Virus genome (UHGV): UHGV-1442421
Strand: one strand, 5' to 3'
Length of the DNA stretch: 32,207 nucleotides
Source: a virus
Shown here: piece after piece, positions 12,035-20,237 of the stretch
Layout of the letters: each line of letters opens with the position of its first letter
Numbering within the stretch: the first letter of the stretch is position 1
The notes under the pieces: generated by a model
The model's database searches: none
The model's input: the letters and a program-made list of their open reading frames with translations, nothing else
Told to the model about the DNA's origin: nothing
Translations under genes and position numbers: made by a program

Positions 12035-12500
12035 GGTTGAATAGCTCCTTGATACGAGAGCGCCGCTTATCGCGATCTCCCTTATCAGGTGTCACGTCTT
12101 CAACTTGCGACTGCTCTTTGAGGCCCAAATCACGGGCGATGATGTTAGCGTTGAGAAGGTCAGCGGCTGCGCCAGAGAATTTCTGGTCGTAGATGATGTC
12201 TTCCGCTCGTGATGTGACGTCAGAAAAACCTTCCATTGACCGGAAGGTTCCCCATGTTTGCCTGGTGATATCAAGGAAGGTACACAATCCTGAAATAGTC
12301 ATGGCTCGCATCTTAGGGACGTTAGCCTTAATTATTTCTCCCTGATATGAAAATACCTTACCCTCCCATAGCGGGTTATCATCAGCCCACTCAAAGTATT
12401 CACAACAAGCAGCCCACAGCGCCTCGGGCGATTCGAATTTAGGATTTCGCCCATGACTACTGCGGGCCTCCCAAAATCGGTTGCCCTTTGGTGCTGCCAT
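12012..12500 (-). CDS. Terminase small subunit, P22 gp3-like (162 aa)
   Basis: ORF track; same length as P22 gp3; position directly upstream of the large subunit. Confidence 0.8.
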   Translation of the reverse strand: MAAPKGNRFWEARSSHGRNPKFESPEALWAACCEYFEWADDNPLWEGKVFSYQGEIIKANVPKMRAMTISGLCTFLDITRQTWGTFRSMEGFSDVTSRAEDIIYDQKFSGAAADLLNANIIARDLGLKEQSQVEDVTPDKGDRDKRRSRIKELFNRGTGRDS

Positions 12501-12579
12501 ATTGATTATTTCCCTTCTGCTTGCTTATCCCATTCATCGCGGAATTTGGATGGGTTGTCGAAACCTTGAGTTGCCATGT

Positions 12580-12822
12580 TTATGCTCCGGTAGTGAACAG
12601 GTCTAACGCTTCCTTCGATTTACGCACCGCTTCGATAGTGCGAGATGTGAAGTCTGGATTTGCACCGCCATCGTTGTAGTGCAGCTTGAACAATTCCAGT
12701 TTCAACTGGTCAGCACCAATGAATGCAAAAGCTTCCTCTGCCGCTGAATTGTTCTTAGATAGCAGTCGGTAAATTTCTAACTTGAATTTCTGTTCTTCAG
12801 TCATGGGAATAATCTCTGCCAT
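12580..12822 (-). CDS. Hypothetical small protein (80 aa from ATG at 12822)
   Basis: ORF track frame; GGAG 5 nt upstream of the internal ATG at 12822; no recognised motif. Confidence 0.4.
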   Translation of the reverse strand: MAEIIPMTEEQKFKLEIYRLLSKNNSAAEEAFAFIGADQLKLELFKLHYNDGGANPDFTSRTIEAVRKSKEALDLFTTGA

Positions 12823-13269
12823 TGTTGGCTCCATTTATCCGTTAAAAGGGATATCAGTTAAGTTATCCCGTGTAGGGTATAAGCCATTGTCGAGACCACT
12901 CATTGAATGGTCTCTGCAATAACCGATGTCTTTCCATCAGTCCGCCACCACAAAGAATCTTTTTTGCCATAAGGCTGGAGGTTCATCTTTCAGTGGCTGC
13001 CAGTGTTATTTCCCCACTTACTGGCTTGGGTTTTTTCGCGGTACTGCCGTAACTGGTTGCCCAGAATAAATTCCGGTTTCATTATCAAGCCCACCCGTAG
13101 ATAGGCTTTGTAATGAACCGGCTCTTATCTCAACGCAGCCCCTTACCGCGCGCCATATGCTTAACTTCAAGCATCAGCAATGAGATGTTTAATCTGGATT
13201 CACTCCAGAAGTGATCACCACCCTGTCTACAGAGCCAGATGTGAAGGATGATGAGTAGAATTATCGCTA

Positions 13270-13728
13270 TCATCGAAGGCATTGCGTCCTGATGTATTCC
13301 TGCAGGTAGTTAACCTGCGCGGTTATCCTGTCGATTCCACTTCGGAGACGGTAATAATTGAGTTCAGCATCTGCTGTAAGTCTTGGGCTTTCTCCATCGC
13401 CCATGCTGCTGGCTCCGGTCGTTGACTTTGCACAGGTGGCGGCGACTTGCAGGCGCTTACGACCAGCAGAAACATCAGCACGGAGACTTTCGATAGTCGC
13501 GTTAGCATCAGCAAGCTCCTTTGTGTATCTGGCGTCAAGTTCTGCAACATCACGCTGACGCTGCTGCATGTCAGAGATGGTGGCGGTCGCCTGCTTCAGC
13601 TCACTGACTTTTTTATCACGCTGTTCTTTGTAGGCGATGGCATTATCACGGTAATGATTAACAGCCCATGACAGGCAAACGATGATGCAGATAACCAGAG
13701 CGGAGATAATCGCGGTTACTCTGCTCAT
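13270..13728 (-). CDS. Rz: Spanin inner-membrane subunit Rz (152 aa)
   Basis: N-terminal TM segment and coiled-coil; near-identical to lambda Rz as I recall it; start overlaps R stop. Confidence 0.85.
   Translation of the reverse strand: MSRVTAIISALVICIIVCLSWAVNHYRDNAIAYKEQRDKKVSELKQATATISDMQQRQRDVAELDARYTKELADANATIESLRADVSAGRKRLQVAATCAKSTTGASSMGDGESPRLTADAELNYYRLRSGIDRITAQVNYLQEYIRTQCLR
13323..13508 (-). CDS. Rz1: Spanin outer-membrane lipoprotein subunit Rz1, embedded in the Rz +1 frame (61 aa)
   Basis: Internal ATG at 13508 gives a signal peptide ending ...LLVVSAC, then a proline-rich region; embedded arrangement as in lambda. Confidence 0.65.
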   Translation of the reverse strand: MLTRLSKVSVLMFLLVVSACKSPPPVQSQRPEPAAWAMEKAQDLQQMLNSIITVSEVESTG

Positions 13729-14201
13729 ACCTCAATCTCTCTGACCGCTCCGCCAGCCTCTTTGAATTTTGCAATCAGGCTGTCAGCCTTATGCTCGAAC
13801 TGACCATAACCAGCGCCCGGCAGTGAAGCCCAGATATTGCTGCAACGGTCGATTGCCTGACGGATATCACCGCGATCAATCATCGGTAAAGCGCCACGCT
13901 CCTTAATCTGCTGCAATGCCACAGCGTCCTGGCTTTTCGGAGAGAAGTCTTTCAGGCCAAGTTGCTTACGGTAGGCATCCCACCAACGGGAAAGAAGCTG
14001 GTAACGTCCGGCTGCTGTTGATTTGAGTTTGGGGTTTAGCGTGACAAGTTTGCGAGGGTGATCGGAGTAATCAGTGAATAGCTCTCCCCCTACAATGACG
14101 TCATAACCATGATTTCTGGTTTTCTGCCGTCCGTTATCAGTTCCCTCTGACCACGCCAGCATATCAAGGAACGCCTTACGTTGATTATTGATTTCCACCA
14201 T
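13725..14201 (-). CDS. R: Endolysin (lambda R-type lytic transglycosylase, 158 aa)
   Basis: Translation recognised as lambda R ([24 protein letters not shown]...); same length. Confidence 0.9.
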   Translation of the reverse strand: MVEINNQRKAFLDMLAWSEGTDNGRQKTRNHGYDVIVGGELFTDYSDHPRKLVTLNPKLKSTAAGRYQLLSRWWDAYRKQLGLKDFSPKSQDAVALQQIKERGALPMIDRGDIRQAIDRCSNIWASLPGAGYGQFEHKADSLIAKFKEAGGAVREIEV

Positions 14202-14508
14202 CTTCTACTCCGGCTTTTTTAGCAGCGAAGCGTTTGATAAGCGAACCAATCGAGTCAGTACCGATGTAGCCGATAAACACGCTCGTTATATAAGCGAGAT
14301 TGCTACTTAGTCCGGCGAAGTCGAGAAGGTCACGAATGAACCAGGCGATAATGGCGCACATCGTTGCGTCGATTACTGTTTTTGTAAACGCACCGCCATT
14401 ATATCTGCCGCGAAGGTACGCCATTGCAAACGCAAGGATTGCCCCGATGCCTTGTTCCTTTGCCGCGAGAATGGCGGCTAACAGGTCATGTTTTTCTGGC
14501 ATCTTCAT
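14185..14508 (-). CDS. S: Holin (lambda S-type, 107 aa, dual-start MKM)
   Basis: Translation recognised as lambda S with the MKM dual-start motif and hydrophobic segments. Confidence 0.9.
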   Translation of the reverse strand: MKMPEKHDLLAAILAAKEQGIGAILAFAMAYLRGRYNGGAFTKTVIDATMCAIIAWFIRDLLDFAGLSSNLAYITSVFIGYIGTDSIGSLIKRFAAKKAGVEDGGNQ

Positions 14509-14754
14509 GTCTTACCCCCAATAAGGGGATTTGCTCTATTTAATTAGGAATAAGGTCGATTACTGATAGAACAAATCCAGGCTACTGTGTTTAGTAATCA
14601 GATTTGTTCGTGACCGATATGCACGGGCAAAAAGGCAGGAGGTTGTTAGCGCAACCTCTTGCCACCCGCTTTCACGAAGGTCATGTGTAGAAGGCCGCAG
14701 CGTAACTATCACCGATGAATTCATGATAGCCAGTGGCTACGGCTCAGTTTGGGT

Positions 14755-14880
14755 TGTGGCGGCCGGAATCGAACCGGCTTCCATCGGTGCGCTGCCGATT
14801 GCAGTACGCGCGGCGGGCAGCTACATGACTAGTATTTTCACTATCGCCTATCTGCTAGCTCGCCATTGAGCTTCACCACA
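14755..14880 (-). other. Degenerate tRNA-like element: canonical T-arm and 3' acceptor, candidate 5' acceptor and D-arm about 100 nt upstream, non-canonical anticodon loop
   Basis: Minus-strand GCCGG-TTCGATT-CCGGC (14762..14778) then CGCCACA; candidate partner TGTGGTG (14874..14880) and D-arm GCTC..GAGC; no encoded CCA. Confidence 0.3.
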
Positions 14881-14950
14881 ACGATAAGAGCACTCGGTGC
14901 ATTTAAGCCAAGCCCCATAAGGGAGAATGCTCTTACCTGTTGTGCAAACG

Positions 14951-14980
14951 CAAAAAGCCCCGAGCTATTAACTCAGGGCT
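14951..14980 (-). terminator. Intrinsic terminator, tR'-like, ending the short PR' leader transcript
   Basis: Minus-strand hairpin AGCCCTGAG / CTCGGGGCT (one G-U pair) followed by TTTTTG. Confidence 0.6.
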
Positions 14981-15015
14981 TTATTTAACGAGTGCATTTA
15001 TCCATCGTTGAGTCA

Positions 15016-15044
15016 AATTTACCCAACTTTATTCAAAAAGTCAA
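15016..15044 (-). promoter_or_regulatory. Late promoter PR' (-35 TTGACT, 17-bp spacer, -10 TAAATT) with overlapping Q-utilisation region
   Basis: Read on minus strand just downstream of Q; matches the lambda PR' motif as I recall it. Confidence 0.6.
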
Positions 15045-15086
15045 TATCATGCCGTTAATATGTTGCCATCCGTGGCAATCATGCTG

Positions 15087-15710
15087 CTAACGTGTGACCG
15101 CATTCAAAATATTGTCTGCGATTGACTCTTCCTTGTGGCATTGCACCACCAGAGCGTCATACAGCGGCTTAACAGTGCGTGACCAGGTGGGTTGGGTAAG
15201 GTTTGGGATTAGCATCGTTACAGCGCGATATGCGGCGCTTGCTGGCATTCTTGAATAGCCGACACCTTTGCATCTTCCGCACTCTTTCTCAACAACTCTC
15301 CCCCACTGCTCTGTTTTTGCTATATCAACCGCACGACCTGTACCGTGGCAATCTCTGCATCTTGCGCCTGGCGTCGCGGCACTACGGCAATAATCCGCAT
15401 AAGCGAATATTGCGAGCACTTGCAGTACCTTTGCCTTAGTATTTCCTTCGAGCTTTGCCACACCACGGTATTTCCCCGATACCTTGTGTGCAAATTGCAT
15501 CAGATAGTTGATAGCCTTTTGTTTGTCGTTCTGGCTGAGTTCATGCTTGCCGCAGAATGCAGCCATTCCGAATCCGGCTTGTGATTGCGCCATCCCCATA
15601 GCAGCCATCACATCAGTACCGGAAAGAGAGTCAGAAGCCGTAGCCCGTGGTGAGTCGCTCATCATCGGGCTTTTTGGCGAATGAAATTTAGCTACGCTTT
15701 CGAGTCTCAT
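15087..15710 (-). CDS. Q: Late antiterminator Q (lambda type, 207 aa)
   Basis: Translation recognised as lambda Q throughout (MRLESVAKFHSPKSPMMSDSPRATASD...). Confidence 0.9.
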   Translation of the reverse strand: MRLESVAKFHSPKSPMMSDSPRATASDSLSGTDVMAAMGMAQSQAGFGMAAFCGKHELSQNDKQKAINYLMQFAHKVSGKYRGVAKLEGNTKAKVLQVLAIFAYADYCRSAATPGARCRDCHGTGRAVDIAKTEQWGRVVEKECGRCKGVGYSRMPASAAYRAVTMLIPNLTQPTWSRTVKPLYDALVVQCHKEESIADNILNAVTR

Positions 15711-15895
15711 GGCCTTCCCCTTTTGCCCTGTTTGACCATCAGGACGCCGTTAACTATTACGTGACGCTCGCCTTTGCTGTCTCGGTTGTACTTGAGCACT
15801 GTTCCTCTTGCGCAGGAAAGCATCCTCGCCACTTCGGTCTGATTGCCTCGTGTCTGAATAAGAAGCTCTGGTATCGTTTGAATTGTGGCGTTCAT
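15707..15895 (-). CDS. ninH: NinH-like small protein (62 aa)
   Basis: Motif GNQTEVAR and position immediately upstream of Q; ATGA overlap with Q start. Confidence 0.65.
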   Translation of the reverse strand: MNATIQTIPELLIQTRGNQTEVARMLSCARGTVLKYNRDSKGERHVIVNGVLMVKQGKRGRP

Positions 15896-16254
15896 GCGTT
15901 CTCCAGTTCGGTGATTTTTATTCCAAGCCTTCCACCTGGTACTTTCACGCCACGAATTACGCGAATGTCATCGAATTGCTCGTCGTCTTCCGCAAATCCG
16001 GCGTGGATAAGGGAGTCGAGTAAACCTTTCAGGATGTTGTCGAGGTCGCGGCGGCGGGAGTCTGGAACGTCTGCGATGACTTTGATACGGAGTCGTGATT
16101 TGGTGAAAATGTCTAACTTGAGTTGGCGAATGATTTGCTGAACGTCTTTTCGGTATTTCTGGCCTTTATCGCTGATGTAGTATTGGCTTCCCCGTCTTCG
16201 CCAGTAGGTATTCACCGACGGCGGGTATGGAAGCACAAACTGATATTCGTTCAT
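15892..16254 (-). CDS. rusA: Holliday junction resolvase RusA (120 aa)
   Basis: RusA-like motifs (PPSVNTYW, RRRDLDN, C-terminal GGRL..I..E); typical nin-region gene. Confidence 0.85.
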   Translation of the reverse strand: MNEYQFVLPYPPSVNTYWRRRGSQYYISDKGQKYRKDVQQIIRQLKLDIFTKSRLRIKVIADVPDSRRRDLDNILKGLLDSLIHAGFAEDDEQFDDIRVIRGVKVPGGRLGIKITELENA

Positions 16255-16541
16255 GGCTTAATCTTCCCCTCCTTCAGCAGTATCGCCTGCGTCCTGATCA
16301 CGCCTTCGAGGTGGTAAAGTCTGGCGTCTTTGTTGTCGAGATTATGGGTGCGTCGGTCGATTTCATCGTGACACGCGCTACAAGCCCATGCGCCGATCAG
16401 GTCGTCAGGCTTCATTCCCGTTCCGCAAATTCCAGCCATCCGGTAATGTGCCAGAACTGTAGTTTCAGGATTACCATTGCATACGCCGTAAATACGTACC
16501 TGGCATTCTCTGCCGCGTGCTTCTTTGCGTAGATTAGCCAT
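16251..16541 (-). CDS. YbcO-like (DUF1364) putative nuclease, Cys-rich (96 aa)
   Basis: Recognised as resembling DLP12 YbcO; several conserved Cys/His; ATGA overlap with rusA. Confidence 0.6.
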   Translation of the reverse strand: MANLRKEARGRECQVRIYGVCNGNPETTVLAHYRMAGICGTGMKPDDLIGAWACSACHDEIDRRTHNLDNKDARLYHLEGVIRTQAILLKEGKIKP

Positions 16542-17263
16542 TAAGCAGCCTCCCCTGTTACTTTCAGCATTCCATTATCGAGCAGCTTTCTGGTCAGCCA
16601 CTGTTGACCACGCCCGGTGATTTTTGTGGTGAACGATATCTGTATTCCGTGATTTGTGTTGACCGCTGTTTCTTTCACTGTGAAATAGCCGCGATCCATA
16701 TATTCCTGCATTGGCACATTGCGCCGGGAACCTGAAGCAATAAGGATTTTGTGATCGCGCATCCACGCAAACAGTTTGTTTGGACCAATTCCAACAACCT
16801 TTGCAAAGTTTCCAATCAAAATTCCGCTGGCCTCGCCAACGCGATCGGCAAACTCAACTTTAGGTGCGGCAATTGCGAGCTGGTTTTCCAGTTGCATTTT
16901 CTGCTCAGCAAGATCAGCAGCAAGGCGCAACGCTTCTGGTAGCGTTTTGGGGATATTAACCGCAGCTTCTTCAAGCTCTCGCCAACGGTCAACAAGACGA
17001 GCGGTGAATTCCGGCGACAACTGGGCGACGACAATAATGCTGTCTCGCTTACCTTGTTCGCCCTCAAAAACGTAAGCCTCTACGCCACGAAGTAATCCTA
17101 AGTTATTGATTTTTTCGAAAACCACCATTGGGGGATTTCGGATCACACCTCGAGCCGCCAGTCGTTCAATAGATTGTTTCACCTTGTCATGACGACTTCC
17201 CACCAACTCAGCGATTTCAATGCTTGTCATTTTGATGGCATTGCCATTTATTAACTCATTCAT
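16541..17263 (-). CDS. Phage antirepressor-like protein (Rha/AntA-type N-terminal domain, KilAC-type C-terminal domain; 240 aa)
   Basis: N-terminal HTH-like region and C-terminal KilAC-like region (domain names recalled, not searched). Confidence 0.65.
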   Translation of the reverse strand: MNELINGNAIKMTSIEIAELVGSRHDKVKQSIERLAARGVIRNPPMVVFEKINNLGLLRGVEAYVFEGEQGKRDSIIVVAQLSPEFTARLVDRWRELEEAAVNIPKTLPEALRLAADLAEQKMQLENQLAIAAPKVEFADRVGEASGILIGNFAKVVGIGPNKLFAWMRDHKILIASGSRRNVPMQEYMDRGYFTVKETAVNTNHGIQISFTTKITGRGQQWLTRKLLDNGMLKVTGEAA

Positions 17264-17432
17264 CGTCTTCTTCCTCGTACATTGAGCTATTCGGATCGCT
17301 CATCAGTTCTGCGCAGCAGTGCTCACACACGTGAACTTCCAGCACATGCAGCTTCTGACCGCAGTTAGCGCACGTTAAAGCCCGCTCGACGCTTTCTTTC
17401 TGGTATTGAATGGATTGGGATGGGCTAAGCAT
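17256..17432 (-). CDS. ninF: NinF-like small Cys-rich protein (58 aa; below the ORF-track size cutoff)
   Basis: Hand-translated to MLSPSQSIQYQKESVERALTCANCGQKLHVLEVHVCEHCCAELMSDPNSSMYEEEDDE; overlaps antirepressor start. Confidence 0.6.
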   Translation of the reverse strand: MLSPSQSIQYQKESVERALTCANCGQKLHVLEVHVCEHCCAELMSDPNSSMYEEEDDE

Positions 17433-17787
17433 TATTAGCGACCTGCATCATTAGAAATACAATCATGGCTGCGCGGAGAGGCGATTCACCGCAGAAGCAG
17501 TAGTCAGGACCCCAACAACCTTCCTCTAAATCACCTCCTGACCATGCGCACCATTCTTTTTCCGCTGTCATCCACATGGTGCTAATTTTGTTTTCAGTGA
17601 TGATCGGATATGCGTCAGCGGCCATATTACATGGGTCGAAATATCCGCAAGGCAAAAACTCACCACCATCAATTCCAGCCAAGTAAACTTCTTTCTTTTC
17701 TGGATCCCAGTCGTAATTGTTTTTTCCTAGCACGATATGCGCGACTTTTAAGTTAATTTCAAAATCACTTAACTGTGAATAATCCAT
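17425..17787 (-). CDS. Hypothetical nin-region protein (120 aa from ATG at 17787)
   Basis: ORF track frame; internal ATG with GAGGAA 7 nt upstream; several Cys and Trp. Confidence 0.5.
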   Translation of the reverse strand: MDYSQLSDFEINLKVAHIVLGKNNYDWDPEKKEVYLAGIDGGEFLPCGYFDPCNMAADAYPIITENKISTMWMTAEKEWCAWSGGDLEEGCWGPDYCFCGESPLRAAMIVFLMMQVANNA

Positions 17788-17789
17788 AG

Positions 17790-17972
17790 TCATTTCCTCG
17801 CACGATGTCTTAGCCACCGGATATCCCACAGGTGAGCCGTGTAGTTGAAGGTTTTTACGTCAGATTCTTTTGGGATTGGCTTGCGTTTATTTCTGGAGCG
17901 TTTCGTTGGAAGGTATTTGCAGTTTTCGCAGATGATGTCGGTGAAACTTCGTCGCTTGCTCTGCTGGTTCAA
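17790..17972 (-). CDS. ninE: NinE-like protein (60 aa; only a TTG start available)
   Basis: Translation resembles NinE as I recall it; no in-frame ATG and no SD; overlapped by the upstream ORF. Confidence 0.45.
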   Translation of the reverse strand: MNQQSKRRSFTDIICENCKYLPTKRSRNKRKPIPKESDVKTFNYTAHLWDIRWLRHRARK

Positions 17973-18156
17973 TGGAAATAACCAGGTCTTTGTCGCCTAA
18001 CTGCCAGATAATTCCCTGCTCTTCTTCGTCCCCTGTCATTGCCTCCACATAAGCCATAAGGTAATTCATCATGATGTTTATGCCGTCGACTCCTTCGCTT
18101 TCTGCATCTTCCATGAGGTCAGAGAAACGCTCGATGTAGTCTTCTTCTTCGCTCAT
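17887..18156 (-). CDS. NinD-like acidic small protein (89 aa from ATG at 18156); 3' end overlaps NinE by 85 nt
   Basis: ATG at 18156 with GAGGAA 6 nt upstream; acidic N-terminus [11 protein letters not shown]. Confidence 0.4.
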   Translation of the reverse strand: MSEEEDYIERFSDLMEDAESEGVDGINIMMNYLMAYVEAMTGDEEEQGIIWQLGDKDLVISIEPAEQATKFHRHHLRKLQIPSNETLQK

Positions 18157-18166
18157 AGCTATTTCC

Positions 18167-19003
18167 TCAGGTTGAACATTCGCAAGGTAATGCGTCGTCA
18201 TCGGCAAACATGTCTATTTGCAGAGCTCGCTCAGCAACTGCTTGCTTAGCAATACTCCAGAATTTTCCAGATGGGACGTGTTCATTTGGCTGAATTCCAA
18301 GTCTTTCCATTTCGGCAAATAACCCCTCCCTTTCCTCCAAATAAACTGCGCCAGCTTCATCCTTGTGAATTGCATATCCGATTTCCTCTTCCGCAGCTTT
18401 CGCCTCATTCCAGATGTCTTTACGAAGCACATAAACGCAGTACCAGTGTTGCCATCCTGCCTTTAAACAGCCAATGCAATTTGCGTGCTTAAATCTCGAA
18501 TAAGCCATTGGGCGGTTAATGCCAATTTCTTCCGTAGAGTGGATTGTTCTTTGCGGCCATAGGGCAATCGGATAGTCAGTTTTATAACCTCGTTCAGCCA
18601 TAACACCCACGCGGCGCTGAACTCGATGCATTTCATTTCTGTCAAATCCGTAGTAGTAGATATTTTCCTTTTGGCTATCATTACGCTCCAGCCACAGATC
18701 AAACGGTCCTGTCTTAAGCCTGTTGGTGCATAGAATTTGACCTGATCCAACTTTCCATGCCCTCGCGTCAAGGCAAACAGATATTGGAGTAGCGTCTTTC
18801 CACCTTTCATGGTTGGCATACGTAACATCTATCCCTAAATAACTTGATATCTCATCCTTAAATCTCTTGATGTCCTCGTCTTCTACTGTGCTACTGATGT
18901 CGTGGTTAAGCAGGATGACATTTTCTCTTCCATATTTTCTGACCACCTCTATCGCGACAATTGCCGAGGAGTGGCCTCCGCTATACAAAACTACGTGCTT
19001 CAT
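18167..19003 (-). CDS. PAPS reductase-like / PP-loop ATP pyrophosphatase family protein (278 aa)
   Basis: N-terminal PP-loop-like motif VVLYSGGHSS; ATG at 19003 with GAGGG 7 nt upstream; occupies the ninC position. Confidence 0.7.
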   Translation of the reverse strand: MKHVVLYSGGHSSAIVAIEVVRKYGRENVILLNHDISSTVEDEDIKRFKDEISSYLGIDVTYANHERWKDATPISVCLDARAWKVGSGQILCTNRLKTGPFDLWLERNDSQKENIYYYGFDRNEMHRVQRRVGVMAERGYKTDYPIALWPQRTIHSTEEIGINRPMAYSRFKHANCIGCLKAGWQHWYCVYVLRKDIWNEAKAAEEEIGYAIHKDEAGAVYLEEREGLFAEMERLGIQPNEHVPSGKFWSIAKQAVAERALQIDMFADDDALPCECST

Positions 19004-19200
19004 GCCCATACCCTCTGTTGATACTTACTCCTACCCTTTGGCTCGCTGGCGTATTCTGGAAGCAACGCGGAAACCACCCATAACCGAGGGTCTGCGCTTA
19101 GCGTTCGTTGAGTTTTTACGTTGCGGGATTGGTAGGCGGTGATTAACTGAGTTGCTTCTTCGTTGGTGAGGTCGTGATGGTGAAACCATGTGAGCTTCAA
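19000..19200 (-). CDS. Doubtful small ORF (66 aa, TTG start only) filling the 195-bp gap between ninB and the PAPS-reductase-like gene
   Basis: ORF track only; no ATG start and no SD identified. Confidence 0.2.
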   Translation of the reverse strand: MKLTWFHHHDLTNEEATQLITAYQSRNVKTQRTLSADPRLWVVSALLPEYASEPKGRSKYQQRVWA

Positions 19201-19607
19201 TCGTACCTCCTGTCAGTGAACCTGACGCTCTGACCGATAGCCCAGGCAGTCGTATACTCTATGAGGCTTGCCATGCGCTTCACACTCATCTGTGCGCTGC
19301 TCTCCCGAATGTTGACGAATTCGCCTTCAAGGCCGCGCAAAACATCAGCTTCCTGCTTTGTTGCCACTGCATGACCGCTAATCAACAAAACCTTCCATTG
19401 TTCTGGTTTTAACCATTTGCCGCACCATTGAACCTGACGAGCGATATCCGCCAGCATCGCGTGAAATTTTGCGTTCTGGTCAAGGTTGCGCTTGTAGTCA
19501 GTAATGCGGATGGTGACTGGCTTGTCTTTATCGAGAGGAGTTGCGAGGATGGCGTTGATTGCGGCTTGCTGTTGTTGCTTAGTTCGGAGGAATATTGTTT
19601 GCTTCAT
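19197..19607 (-). CDS. ninB: NinB / Orf recombination mediator (136 aa)
   Basis: Similar to lambda NinB as I recall it (LDQN, W.GKWL..E.WK motifs); first gene of the nin region after tR2. Confidence 0.75.
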   Translation of the reverse strand: MKQTIFLRTKQQQQAAINAILATPLDKDKPVTIRITDYKRNLDQNAKFHAMLADIARQVQWCGKWLKPEQWKVLLISGHAVATKQEADVLRGLEGEFVNIRESSAQMSVKRMASLIEYTTAWAIGQSVRFTDRRYD

Positions 19608-19941
19608 CGAAATTCTTCTCTTTAATTCCAGCGGCTCTGATAGCTTTCATTACTGCAATTACCGTTTTGTCACGCCCATCCTCATAACCCATCGCATAAG
19701 CACCTTCTTCACCATCTTTCCAAAAGTCGTCATTCGATTCTGGCCAGTCAATATCCAGTTCAATAGCTGCTCGCGATGCCTGCCACGTTTGCCAGTGGCT
19801 TTGAACATCGTCCATCACGTATTGACCACCAATATTACCGCTGCCAATTTCATGGTGATTTTCAGGGTAACGGATAAGGTCTGAAGATTCGCCTCCACGT
19901 CGCAACCAACTTTCTTCAAACTGCTTTCTTGATTCGTCCAT
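19579..19941 (-). CDS. Hypothetical acidic, Trp-rich protein (120 aa)
   Basis: ORF track; GAGGG about 10 nt upstream of ATG at 19941; 3' end overlaps ninB start by 29 nt. Confidence 0.45.
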   Translation of the reverse strand: MDESRKQFEESWLRRGGESSDLIRYPENHHEIGSGNIGGQYVMDDVQSHWQTWQASRAAIELDIDWPESNDDFWKDGEEGAYAMGYEDGRDKTVIAVMKAIRAAGIKEKNFDEANNIPPN

Positions 19942-19958
19942 CGATACTTACCCTCAGT

Positions 19959-20165
19959 TCAACTCACAAAACGCCACGCCATTTTTGCTACAGCGACAGG
20001 CATAACACCGATAATCACCCACAGGAAAATGCTACCGAAAAGCACACCCACCAGGTCTTTACCTTCGCCTACCAACCGGACAAAACTGCTGGCAACAACA
20101 ATGAACGTCGCCACCATCCACATAGCACCGAGAATCCTCAATGCAGAGAAAATTAACTCAGCCAC
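19959..20165 (-). CDS. Small membrane protein with two predicted TM helices (68 aa; GTG start)
   Basis: GTG at 20165 with GGAG 8 nt upstream, directly downstream of the terminator; two hydrophobic stretches. Confidence 0.4.
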   Translation of the reverse strand: MAELIFSALRILGAMWMVATFIVVASSFVRLVGEGKDLVGVLFGSIFLWVIIGVMPVAVAKMAWRFVS

Positions 20166-20180
20166 GATTTACTCTCCCCC

Positions 20181-20212
20181 AAATAAAAAGGCCTGCGATT
20201 ACCAGCAGGCCT
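20181..20212 (-). terminator. Intrinsic terminator, tR2-like, between the replication genes and the nin region
   Basis: Minus-strand hairpin AGGCCTGC-(8 nt loop)-GCAGGCCT followed by TTTTTATTT. Confidence 0.55.
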
Positions 20213-20237
20213 GTTACAAGCTCAGTGATGTAGATGG

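Noticed and set aside
12506-12575. 23-codon ORF between the 80-aa ORF and the small terminase gene
   Set aside because: Too short, with no convincing SD; probably intergenic.
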